The position numbers and the translations under genes were made by a program. The notes beneath the pieces are model-generated. The model was given only the letters and a program-made list of their open reading frames with translations. It did not search any database and was not told the origin of the DNA. A DNA stretch of 64,000 nt from positions 196,064-260,063 of the forward strand of contig JAZKFH010000027.1 of assembly GCA_040386535.1 (NCBI GenBank). The letters run 5' to 3'. Positions 20,245 through 28,331 of the stretch are shown one piece after another. This DNA comes from Myxococcota bacterium (GTDB lineage Bacteria > Myxococcota_A > UBA796 > SXON01). Every line of letters starts with the position of its first letter. Positions within the stretch are counted from its first letter, which is position 1.

Positions 20245-20592
20245 ATGAAGCTCCACCCTTGTCCGTCCTGCGCGTGCCACATCGCTACCGACGCTATGTC
20301 GTGCCCCCAGTGCGGCGCCGCCCTGGCCAGGGACACGGCCGGCAGCACCCGTGACTTCCGGCTCCCCGCCGCCGCGATCCTCATGGGGCTCGCGCTCGGC
20401 GGGTGCATCGGCCAGAGCACCGCGCTCTACGGCGTCGCGATCACCGACAGCGGCAAGGGCTCGGACCCCGACGGTGATGGCTACGTCGGCGTGGACGACT
20501 GTGACGAGGGGGATCCCGAGATCCATCTCGACGCGACCGAGACCCCGGGCGACGGCGTCGACTCCAACTGCAACGACGAGGACGACACCTGA
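20245..20592 (+). CDS. Precursor-like protein 1: Zn-ribbon, lipoprotein signal, LYG motif, Cys/Asp metal-binding motif
   Basis: CPSCACH...CPQCG; ILMGLALGGC; ALYGVA; DCDE...ETPGDGVDSNCNDEDDT. Confidence 0.85.
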   Translation: MKLHPCPSCACHIATDAMSCPQCGAALARDTAGSTRDFRLPAAAILMGLALGGCIGQSTALYGVAITDSGKGSDPDGDGYVGVDDCDEGDPEIHLDATETPGDGVDSNCNDEDDT

Positions 20593-20930
20593 TGCCGCTC
20601 CATCCGTGCCCGTCCTGCGCGTGCCACGTCGCCACCGACGCAGGCGCGTGTCCGCACTGCGGGGCCTCGATCCCCGTCACCGCCCGCGACTTCCGCCTCC
20701 CCGCGGCTGCCCTCCTGATGGGCCTCGCGCTCACCGCGTGCACCTTCCCGCAGCCGCAGGCCAAGTACGGCATCGCCATCAACGACACGAGCGAGGCGTT
20801 CGACGGGGACGGGGACGGCTACGTCCTGGCCGACGACTGTGACGATGAGGACGACACGATCCACCCCGATGCCGAGGAGACCCCGGGCGACGAGATCGAT
20901 TCGAACTGCAACGAGGACGACGACACCTGA
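20592..20930 (+). CDS. Precursor-like protein 2 (KYG motif)
   Basis: Paralog of 20245; TGATG stop/start overlap; CPSCACH...CPHCG, LALTAC, AKYGIA. Confidence 0.85.
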   Translation: MPLHPCPSCACHVATDAGACPHCGASIPVTARDFRLPAAALLMGLALTACTFPQPQAKYGIAINDTSEAFDGDGDGYVLADDCDDEDDTIHPDAEETPGDEIDSNCNEDDDT

Positions 20931-21256
20931 TGCCGCTGCACATCTGTCCCGCCTGCGCCTGCCACGTGGTGCAGGGCGCCTCGACGTGCCCCCACTGCGG
21001 CGCGTCCGTCTCCTCGACGACCCCCGGGCTCTCCGGCGCCGCCCTGCTGATGGGGCTCGCGCTCACCGCGTGTACCACCTCCGAGCCCCCGCCCCAGGCC
21101 CAGGACATGTATGGGGTCGCGGTCTTCGACCAGGACGGGGACGGCTTCGACGAAGACGAGGACTGCGACGAGAGCGACCCGGAGATCAACCCCGGCGCCG
21201 ACGAGACCCCGGGCGACGGCGTCGACTCCAACTGCAACGAGGACGACGACACATGA
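20930..21256 (+). CDS. Precursor-like protein 3 (MYG motif)
   Basis: Paralog; TGATG overlap; CPACACH...CPHCG, LALTAC, DMYGVA. Confidence 0.85.
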   Translation: MPLHICPACACHVVQGASTCPHCGASVSSTTPGLSGAALLMGLALTACTTSEPPPQAQDMYGVAVFDQDGDGFDEDEDCDESDPEINPGADETPGDGVDSNCNEDDDT

Positions 21257-21651
21257 GGCGCCTCCTTGCTCTGCTCCCCCTGCTTGCCGCCTGCGCCAGC
21301 CCCGCGATGCCCTTCGTCCCCGAGGCGCAGGCCAACAGCTGCGGCTCCATTTCCAACGCAGACCTGCGGTACTACTGCCAGAGCAGCTGCGGCTCCATCT
21401 CGGATGCCGATCTGCGCTACTTCTGCCAGGGCAGCTACGGCTCGATCAGCAACGCGGACCTGCGCTACTACGGCCAGTCCAGCTGCGGCAGCATCAGCAA
21501 CGCGGACCTGCGCTACTACTGCTCGGGCAGCTACGGCTCGATCTCGGCGTCGGACCTGCGTGCGTACGGGCAGGGCAACTGCGGCTCCATCGGCGAAGCC
21601 GACCTGCGGTACCTCTGCCAATCGGGAAAGCGGTACCCCGGGCGCCATTAA
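21253..21651 (+). CDS. Lipoprotein with six 16-aa xS(C/Y)GSISxADLRYY(C/G)Q-type repeats
   Basis: ATGA overlap with precursor 3; MRRLLALLPLLAAC lipobox; 48-bp repeats at 21334-21621. Confidence 0.8.
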   Translation: MRRLLALLPLLAACASPAMPFVPEAQANSCGSISNADLRYYCQSSCGSISDADLRYFCQGSYGSISNADLRYYGQSSCGSISNADLRYYCSGSYGSISASDLRAYGQGNCGSIGEADLRYLCQSGKRYPGRH

Positions 21652-21722
21652 GCGGCCGCTGAACGTGCCGCCTTGACGATCGCGGCCCGGTGGGCGACGC
21701 TGCTCGGCCACGGGAGCGAACG

Positions 21723-22937
21723 ATGGAGTCGAGCGTACGTCGGTTCGAGATGGTCGAGGGGAGCGCCAGCAAGTTCTGGGAGGTGCGCCAGGACGGGGCC
21801 GCCTTCACGGTGACGTACGGCAAGATCGGCACCGCCGGCCAGAGCAAGACCACGCCGTGCGCCAGCGCGGACGCGGCGAAGGCCGAGGTCGACAAGCTGG
21901 TTCGCGAGAAGACGAAGAAGGGCTACCAGGAGATCGGCGCCGGCATCGAGAAGAACTGGCGCCCGCCCGCCGATCTCGGCCTCGCGCACGTCGAGCGCTT
22001 CCTCAACTACAAGGTCACGGGCTTCAACCCCTCCGCTGACCCGGACGACCAGGACGAGGAGTCCGCACGCCGCGACCTGCCGGCGCTGCGCGATCTGGAC
22101 AAGCGCGCCTTCCGCGTCGGCATCAGCTACGACGACTCCGACGAGGACTTCACCACCCGTCTCGACGCGTTGTTCGCCGACAAGCGCATCGGCGAGCTGC
22201 GCGCCCTCGTCATCGGCCCGTGGTTCTCGGAGGTGTGCGAGGAGGGGCCGACCACGCTCTTGGAGCGGCTGATCACGCGTGGTTCGAAGCTCGCGGCGCT
22301 CAAGGGCCTGTTCGTCGGGGACGTGGAGAGCGAGGAGGCCGAGATCTCCTGGCTCCACCAGTCCGACTACGGGCCGGCGCTCGCGGCGCTCCCGCAGCTC
22401 GAGGAGCTCGTCGTCCGCGGCGGCGAAGGCCTGCGGTTCTCGAGCCTACGGCACGCGAACCTGCGCGCGCTCACGGTGCAGTCGGGCGGCCTCGGCGGCG
22501 ACACCGTGCGCGACATCGTCAACGCCGAGCTGCCCGAGCTCCGCGTGCTGACGTTGTGGCTCGGCACCGACGACTACGGCGGGGACAGCACCGTCGAGGA
22601 CCTCGCGCCGCTGCTCTCCGGCGATCGGTTCCCCAAGCTCGAGCACCTCGGCCTCCAGGACAGCGAGAACGCCGACGCGATCGCGATCGCCGTGGCGAAG
22701 TCGCCGCTGCTCGCGCGCCTCTCGGGCCTCGATCTGTCGATGGGCACCCTCTCCGACGCAGGCGGGCAGGCCCTCCTGGACAGCCCGCACGTCAAGGGGC
22801 TGAAGCACCTGAACCTGCGGTACCACTACCTCTCGGCGGACATGGTGAAGAAGATCCGCGCGCTCGGCATCGAGGTGAACACCTCCGAGCGCCAGGACGC
22901 CGACGGCGAGGATCGCTACGTGGAGGTCGCCGAGTAG
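21723..22937 (+). CDS. WGR domain fused to an STM4015-family LRR-like protein
   Basis: SKFWEV...TYGKIGTAGQ...KTKKGYQE (WGR); LKGLFVGD..EEAEISW, LWLG.DDYGGD, LDLSMGTL.D.G; ends RYVEVAE. Confidence 0.85.
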   Translation: MESSVRRFEMVEGSASKFWEVRQDGAAFTVTYGKIGTAGQSKTTPCASADAAKAEVDKLVREKTKKGYQEIGAGIEKNWRPPADLGLAHVERFLNYKVTGFNPSADPDDQDEESARRDLPALRDLDKRAFRVGISYDDSDEDFTTRLDALFADKRIGELRALVIGPWFSEVCEEGPTTLLERLITRGSKLAALKGLFVGDVESEEAEISWLHQSDYGPALAALPQLEELVVRGGEGLRFSSLRHANLRALTVQSGGLGGDTVRDIVNAELPELRVLTLWLGTDDYGGDSTVEDLAPLLSGDRFPKLEHLGLQDSENADAIAIAVAKSPLLARLSGLDLSMGTLSDAGGQALLDSPHVKGLKHLNLRYHYLSADMVKKIRALGIEVNTSERQDADGEDRYVEVAE

Positions 22938-24028
22938 TGCCCACGGCGCGCGTCGCACGCGGCCTCGTCGTCGTCGCGGTCCCGGGCGACAAGCGTGCGC
23001 GGGCCCTCGCGGCGGCCGCGGAGCACGGCGGCGGGCAGGCGATCACCTGGGTGTCCTGGGCGGAGGCGCTCGCGGCGCCCGGGGTGGTCGGCGCGCGTGG
23101 CCGCCCGGGGGACTGGCTGCGGGTGGACTCCCCCGGCGCGGATGACGCGACGTGGCATGCGCTGGCGCACCTCGGGGGTTCATCGGGGGTGGTACCTCCC
23201 GGCGAGTGGCGGCCCGGGCGGGCGTGGGCGCGGGGCCTCGCTGCGGCGTTGACGGCCGTGGCGGGTGGAGCGGCGCACCTCGTCGCGACCCACCCGCACG
23301 TCGTCGCGATGACGGACAAGCTCGCGTGTCATCACGCCCTGGTCGCCGGCGGGGTGCCGGTGCCCGACACGGTCGAGGCGCCCGAGACGGTCGCGGCGCT
23401 CCGGGCGTGGGTGGCCGCCGAGCGCCGCCCCGCCGTGTTCGTGAAGCCGCGCTGGGGGTCCTCGGGCGCCGGGGTGCTCGCGTGGCGGCGGAGCGGCGAG
23501 CGGGAGCAGCTGGTGACGACGGCGTCGTTGCAGGCCGACGGGCGCCTCTTGAACGACAAGCACCTGCACACGTACACGGACCGCGTTGCGATCGACCGGC
23601 TGCTCGGGACGGTCCTGGGCGACGGCGCCATCGTCCAGCGGTGGATCCCGAAGGCGACGACCGGCGGTGCTGGCGGGGGCCCGTTCGACCTGCGCGTGCT
23701 CGTGGTCGGGGGCCGCGTGGCCCAACGTGTGGCCCGGGTGGGGCGGGGCCCGATCACCAACCTGCACCTCGACGCCACGCGCGCCGATCCCGACGTGGTG
23801 CTCGCGCCGTTCGGCCCCGCCACCGTCCACGAGGTGCACGCCGCCTGCCTCGCCGCGGCCGCGTGTTTCCCCGGGCACCGCGCGATCGGCGTCGACGTGA
23901 TGGTCGATCCGCGCGGCCGCCCCTTCGTGCTCGAGTGCAACGCCTGGGGCGACTACCTCCCCGGCCTCCTGGTCGATGGGCTCGACAGCTACGGAGCGCA
24001 GCTCCGCGATCTGCGGGAGGCGGCGTGA
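22937..24028 (+). CDS. STM4014-family ATP-grasp protein
   Basis: LRVDSPG, MTDKLACH, FVKPRWGSSGAGV, QRWIPK, FDLRVLV, ITNLHL, GVDVM, VLECNAWGD; GTG overlaps the upstream TAG. Confidence 0.85.
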   Translation: MPTARVARGLVVVAVPGDKRARALAAAAEHGGGQAITWVSWAEALAAPGVVGARGRPGDWLRVDSPGADDATWHALAHLGGSSGVVPPGEWRPGRAWARGLAAALTAVAGGAAHLVATHPHVVAMTDKLACHHALVAGGVPVPDTVEAPETVAALRAWVAAERRPAVFVKPRWGSSGAGVLAWRRSGEREQLVTTASLQADGRLLNDKHLHTYTDRVAIDRLLGTVLGDGAIVQRWIPKATTGGAGGGPFDLRVLVVGGRVAQRVARVGRGPITNLHLDATRADPDVVLAPFGPATVHEVHAACLAAAACFPGHRAIGVDVMVDPRGRPFVLECNAWGDYLPGLLVDGLDSYGAQLRDLREAA

Positions 24029-24636
24029 TCTCCATCCCGCGGCCCCGCGCTCTGTTGCTCGACCTCGACAACACGCTCGTCGATCGCGACGCCGCGTTCG
24101 CCGCGTGGGTGGCGAGCGTGGTCCCGCCGGAGGCCGTCGCGACCATCGTGGCGCTCGACGCCGGCGGCTACGGGGACAAGCCCGCGCTCTACCGCGCGGT
24201 GGCACGCGCCGCGGGCCTCGATCTCGTGGACGCGCGCGAGTCCTTCCACACCTCCTTCCCGAGCTTCTTCCGGCTGAGGGCGGACGCGGACGGGCTCCTC
24301 GCCGCGTTTTCGGGACTGACCGTCATCGTCACCAACGGCGCCCGCCGCCTCCAGCGCGCCAAGATCGCCCACGCGGGGCTCGAGGGGCGCGTCGACCACG
24401 TCGTCGTGTCGGCGGAGCTGGCCGTCGAGAAGCCCGATCCCGCCATCTTCCTGGCGGCCCTGGCCCGCGCGGGCTGCGCGCCGGACGAGGCGCTCATGGT
24501 CGGCGATCACCCGGTCAACGACATCGCCGGCGCGCAGGCCGTCGGCATCCCCGCGGTGTTCGTGCGGTCGCCCTGGTTCGCGGACCCGGTCGGGGTGGCG
24601 GCGGTGACGCTGCTCTCGGAGATCACGTGGTCGTGA
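24025..24636 (+). CDS. HAD-family hydrolase
   Basis: LLDLDNTLVD, IVTNG, EKPDPAIF, MVGDHPVNDIAGA; GTGA overlaps at both ends. Confidence 0.9.
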   Translation: MISIPRPRALLLDLDNTLVDRDAAFAAWVASVVPPEAVATIVALDAGGYGDKPALYRAVARAAGLDLVDARESFHTSFPSFFRLRADADGLLAAFSGLTVIVTNGARRLQRAKIAHAGLEGRVDHVVVSAELAVEKPDPAIFLAALARAGCAPDEALMVGDHPVNDIAGAQAVGIPAVFVRSPWFADPVGVAAVTLLSEITWS

Positions 24637-25484
24637 TCGGGACCGACGTGCGCCTGGAGACCGAGCCCCGCGTCGACTTCCGCGCCGCCTTCGGCGCTCG
24701 CGATCTGTTGATCCTCACGCTCGACGCGCTCCGCTACGACGTCGCCACCCTCGCGCTCGCGGAGGGGCGCACCCCGAACCTCGCCGCGCTGCTGCGGAAC
24801 GGCTGGGAGGAGCGCCACTCGCCGGGGAGCTTCACCCTCCCGGCGCACGAGGCCTTCTTCACCGGGTTCTTCCCCACGCCAGCCACGCCGGGGCCCCACA
24901 TCCGCCCGATCGCGCTGCGCTTTCCGGGGTCGCGCACGATCGCCAGGGACACGCTGGTGCTCGACGGTCCCTGCCTGATCGGGGCGTATGCGAAGGCGGG
25001 CTACCACACGATCTGCATCGGCGGCACCGGCTTCTTCGACCCGCGCTCGCCGCTCGGCGCCGCGCTCCCCGGCCGGTTCGCCGAGGCGCACTGGTCGCGC
25101 GCGATGGGCGTCACCAGTCGGCATGCGTCCGCGTTGCAGTTCGCCCTCGCAGCCGAGCGCCTCGCCGCGGTCCCCCCGACCACCCGCGCGCTCCTGTTCG
25201 TCAACGCCGCCGCGACCCACCCGCCGACCCGCCCGTTCCTCCGCGCCGCGCGGGCTGTCGGTCAGGCACCCTCTGAGAGCGTCGCCACACAAGCCGCCGC
25301 GCTGGCCGACCTCGACCGCCACCTCCCCGTGCTCCTCGACGCGTTGCGCGCCCGCGGTGGCGCCGTCGGCATCGTGTGCGCCGACCACGGCACGTGCTTC
25401 GGCGAAGACGGCTACGTGGGCCATCGCGTCGCGCATCCGATGGTGTGGACCGTGCCATACGCCGAGGTAGAGGTGGCCCCGTGA
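24633..25484 (+). CDS. STM4013/SEN3800-family alkaline-phosphatase/sulfatase-fold hydrolase
   Basis: LTLDALRYDVA, WEERHSPGSFT, GFFPTP, CIGGTGFF, CADHGT.FGEDGYVGHR.AH..VW.VPY. Confidence 0.85.
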   Translation: MIGTDVRLETEPRVDFRAAFGARDLLILTLDALRYDVATLALAEGRTPNLAALLRNGWEERHSPGSFTLPAHEAFFTGFFPTPATPGPHIRPIALRFPGSRTIARDTLVLDGPCLIGAYAKAGYHTICIGGTGFFDPRSPLGAALPGRFAEAHWSRAMGVTSRHASALQFALAAERLAAVPPTTRALLFVNAAATHPPTRPFLRAARAVGQAPSESVATQAAALADLDRHLPVLLDALRARGGAVGIVCADHGTCFGEDGYVGHRVAHPMVWTVPYAEVEVAP

Positions 25485-26818
25485 CCCGGAACGAGAGCCT
25501 GCGCGACCTGCTCGCCTCGGGCGAGTACCTCTCCTACGCCTACGCGTACCCGCACAAGACGACGTACCGCACGCTCGCGCCGCCCGTCGGCCTGCGGGAG
25601 CTCTGGGCCGGCGAGGACCGCGCCGCCTTGTTCCTGTACGTGCACGTGCCGTTCTGCGAGCAGCGGTGCGGCTTCTGCAACCTGTACACCCAGGTGCAGC
25701 CGAAGGCGGGCGTCGAGGCCCGCTACGTCGCGGCCGTGGAGCGCCAGGCGGCGGTGGTGGCCGAGGCCCTCGCCGATCCCACGGGCCCCGCCCGGTTCCT
25801 CCAGCTCGCCATCGGCGGCGGAACGCCCACCTTCCTCGGGGCGGCGCTCCTGGAGCGGGTCTTCGCGGCGGCGCGGCGGCTGGGCGCGGCGAACGTGCCC
25901 ACGTCCATCGAGGTCTCGCCCGGCACGCTCGACGACGACCAGCTCGGCGTCCTCGTCGCCAATCGTGTCACGCGCGTGAGCGTGGGCGTGCAGAGCATCC
26001 TCCCGAACGAGACCGCCGCGGTGCAGCGCGGGCAGGCCCTCCGCGACGTGGAGCGCGTGGTGCGGCGGCTCGCGGACGTGGTGCCCGTGTGCAACGTCGA
26101 CCTCATCTACGGCCTGCCCGGCCAGACCGCGGACACCCTGCGCCGCTCCATCGACCACGTCCGCGACCTCGGCGCCAACGAGCTGTACCTCTACCCTCTC
26201 TACGTGCGGCCCCTCACCGGCCTCGGCCGCCGCGACGGCTGGGACGACCACCGCCTCGCGTTGTACCGGGCGGGGCGCGAGCACCTGTTGGCGCTCGGGT
26301 GGGAGCAGGGCTCGATGCGGCTGTTCCGGGCGCCGGGTGCGCCGGAGGGCGGCGTGCGGGCTGCTGGTGGCGCCGTGTACCGCTGCCAGGATGACGGCAT
26401 GGTCGGCCTCGGCGCGGGTGCGCGCTCCTACACGCGCGCGTTGCACTACGCGAGCCCGTACGCGGTGAGCCAGGGCGCCATCCGCGCCGGCATCGAGGCG
26501 TGGATGGCCCAGACCGACGCCGACTTCGCCCACGCGCGGCACGGCATCCGCCTGGAAGAGGAGGAGCGCCGCCGCCGCTTCGTGCTGCTCTCGCTGTTGG
26601 AGGCCGGGCTCGATCGGGCCGCGTATGTCGCCCGCTTCGGCGCCGACGTGCTGGTGCACCTCCCCGAGCTCGCGGAGGCGGTCGACGCGGGGTTGGTGAC
26701 AGAGGCCGACTCCGGGTTGGGCCTGACCGAGGCGGGGTTGGAGCGCTCGGACGTGCTGGGACATTGGTTGCAGTCGGCCGCCGTGCGCGCCGCGCGGGCC
26801 GGGTGGGAGGCGGCGTGA
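25481..26818 (+). CDS. STM4012-family HemN-like radical SAM protein
   Basis: YAYAYPHKTTY, LYVHVPFCEQRCGFCNL, GGGTPT, NVDLIYGLPGQ, LYPLYVRPLTGL, CQDDGMVGLGAGARSYT. Confidence 0.88.
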   Translation: MTRNESLRDLLASGEYLSYAYAYPHKTTYRTLAPPVGLRELWAGEDRAALFLYVHVPFCEQRCGFCNLYTQVQPKAGVEARYVAAVERQAAVVAEALADPTGPARFLQLAIGGGTPTFLGAALLERVFAAARRLGAANVPTSIEVSPGTLDDDQLGVLVANRVTRVSVGVQSILPNETAAVQRGQALRDVERVVRRLADVVPVCNVDLIYGLPGQTADTLRRSIDHVRDLGANELYLYPLYVRPLTGLGRRDGWDDHRLALYRAGREHLLALGWEQGSMRLFRAPGAPEGGVRAAGGAVYRCQDDGMVGLGAGARSYTRALHYASPYAVSQGAIRAGIEAWMAQTDADFAHARHGIRLEEEERRRRFVLLSLLEAGLDRAAYVARFGADVLVHLPELAEAVDAGLVTEADSGLGLTEAGLERSDVLGHWLQSAAVRAARAGWEAA

Positions 26819-27672
26819 GCCGCCCGCTGGAGATCTTGTGGCGGGGGCCCCTGGATAGTTGCAACTACGGGTGCGGCTATTGCCCGTTCGCCAAGCGCGC
26901 GCCCCGTCGCGCGATGTTGGCCGCCGACCGCGCCGCCCTAGCGCAATTCGTGGCGTGGGTGGAGGCCGCGTCGCAGTGGTCGTTGGAGCTGCTGTTCACA
27001 CCCTACGGCGAGGCCCTGGTGTGGCCGTGGTATCGCGATGCCCTCGCGCGGATCTCCCACCTCCCGCACGTGCGCGGCGTGACCATCCAGACCAACGGAT
27101 CCGCGCCGATGGCGTTCGTCGAGGCGGCGAATCTCGCCAGGTTGTCCCTGTGGATCTCGTGGCATCCGTCGGAGATCTCCATCGAGCCGTTCGTCGACAA
27201 GATCTCGGCGTTGCACACGCGGGGCGTGCGTTTGAGCGTGGGCGCCGTGGCGCTGCTCGACAACCTCGACGCGGTGGAGGCGCTCCGCGCGGCGCTGCCA
27301 TCGGGGGTGCCGATGTGGATCAACGCCCAGAAGCCGGGCGTGCGGTACGCCGGAGAGGCGCTGGCGCGGTGGACGGCGTTGGATCCGGGATTTGCGCTCG
27401 ATGTGACGCCGCACCACTCCCGCGGGCGCCGGTGTGACACCGGGGAGACCGCCATCAGCGTCGACGGGGAGGGCACCGTGCGCCGGTGTCACTTCGTGGA
27501 GGAGGTCCTCGGGAACCTCTACACGGGCGATCTCGCCACGATGCTGGCGCCACGGCCCTGCCCGCGGCTGCGGTGCGACTGTTACATCGGCTACGCGCAC
27601 CTGCCCGACTTGGGAATGCGCGCGGTGTACGGCGAGGGCTTGTTGGGACGGCGGCGGGCGCTGTCAGGCTGA
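26815..27672 (+). CDS. STM4011-family radical SAM protein
   Basis: ILWRGPLDSCNYGCGYCPFAK, FTPYGEAL, IQTN, RRCHF, CPRLRCDCYIGY. Confidence 0.88.
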   Translation: MSRPLEILWRGPLDSCNYGCGYCPFAKRAPRRAMLAADRAALAQFVAWVEAASQWSLELLFTPYGEALVWPWYRDALARISHLPHVRGVTIQTNGSAPMAFVEAANLARLSLWISWHPSEISIEPFVDKISALHTRGVRLSVGAVALLDNLDAVEALRAALPSGVPMWINAQKPGVRYAGEALARWTALDPGFALDVTPHHSRGRRCDTGETAISVDGEGTVRRCHFVEEVLGNLYTGDLATMLAPRPCPRLRCDCYIGYAHLPDLGMRAVYGEGLLGRRRALSG

Positions 27673-28287
27673 CGCGGGAGGGCGCCGAAGCGCATCCCGT
27701 TCTTGCGGCGAGAGCACCTGCGGCTCGGACACGAGCTTCCCCTGGTCGTCGTAGAAGGGGGTCGGTCGCGCGCTGCCGTGCGCCATGTTCAGGAGGATTC
27801 GCCACATGGCCCGCCCGATCACCGCTACCGACGCGCTCGGATGCGCGTGCGGAGGGCATCCGCCTGGGGCATAGCGGCCGTGGATGTAGCCGGCGGCCGG
27901 GCCGAGGCGCTCGTCGCGGGAGCGCCCGTCCGCCGCGTGGTCCATGAAGGGCTGGGCCAGCCCGACGAAGGGCCAGCGCGCCCCTGCCATCAGGTTGCCG
28001 ATCGGGGTGCGGCAGCACCCAGCGTAGTAGCGGACCATTCCCTTCTCCGAGAGCCGCACGATCCGCAGGTGCTCGGCGCCCTGGGTGATCCGGACGCGAG
28101 AGGGCGTGGTCTGGTAGATGTCACTGCCGCCGAACGGGTCGAGCGCGTCGGCGCGCCCGAGGAACCGGGTGTAGTCCTGGCAATCGTCGCAATAGCAGAC
28201 CATGCGGTTGCCGACGGCGGGCGAGGCGTCGTCGAGCTCGCCGCGGACGGCGCCGCAGGTGCAGCGGAGGGGGAGGGGGAGGGGCAT
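27664..28287 (-). CDS. DUF6151/GFA-like Zn-binding protein
   Basis: LRCTCG, CYCDDCQ, YAGCCRTPIGN; start MPLPL at 28287. Confidence 0.8.
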   Translation of the reverse strand: MPLPLPLRCTCGAVRGELDDASPAVGNRMVCYCDDCQDYTRFLGRADALDPFGGSDIYQTTPSRVRITQGAEHLRIVRLSEKGMVRYYAGCCRTPIGNLMAGARWPFVGLAQPFMDHAADGRSRDERLGPAAGYIHGRYAPGGCPPHAHPSASVAVIGRAMWRILLNMAHGSARPTPFYDDQGKLVSEPQVLSPQERDALRRPPASA

Positions 28288-28331
28288 GCGGAGACTTATT
28301 TCGGCGGAGGCGTGCGCGCCGATCGGCCCCG

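Noticed and set aside
21334..21621. 48-bp repeats as a CRISPR array or DGR template
   Set aside because: In-frame coding repeats with synonymous variation; no spacers and no reverse transcriptase
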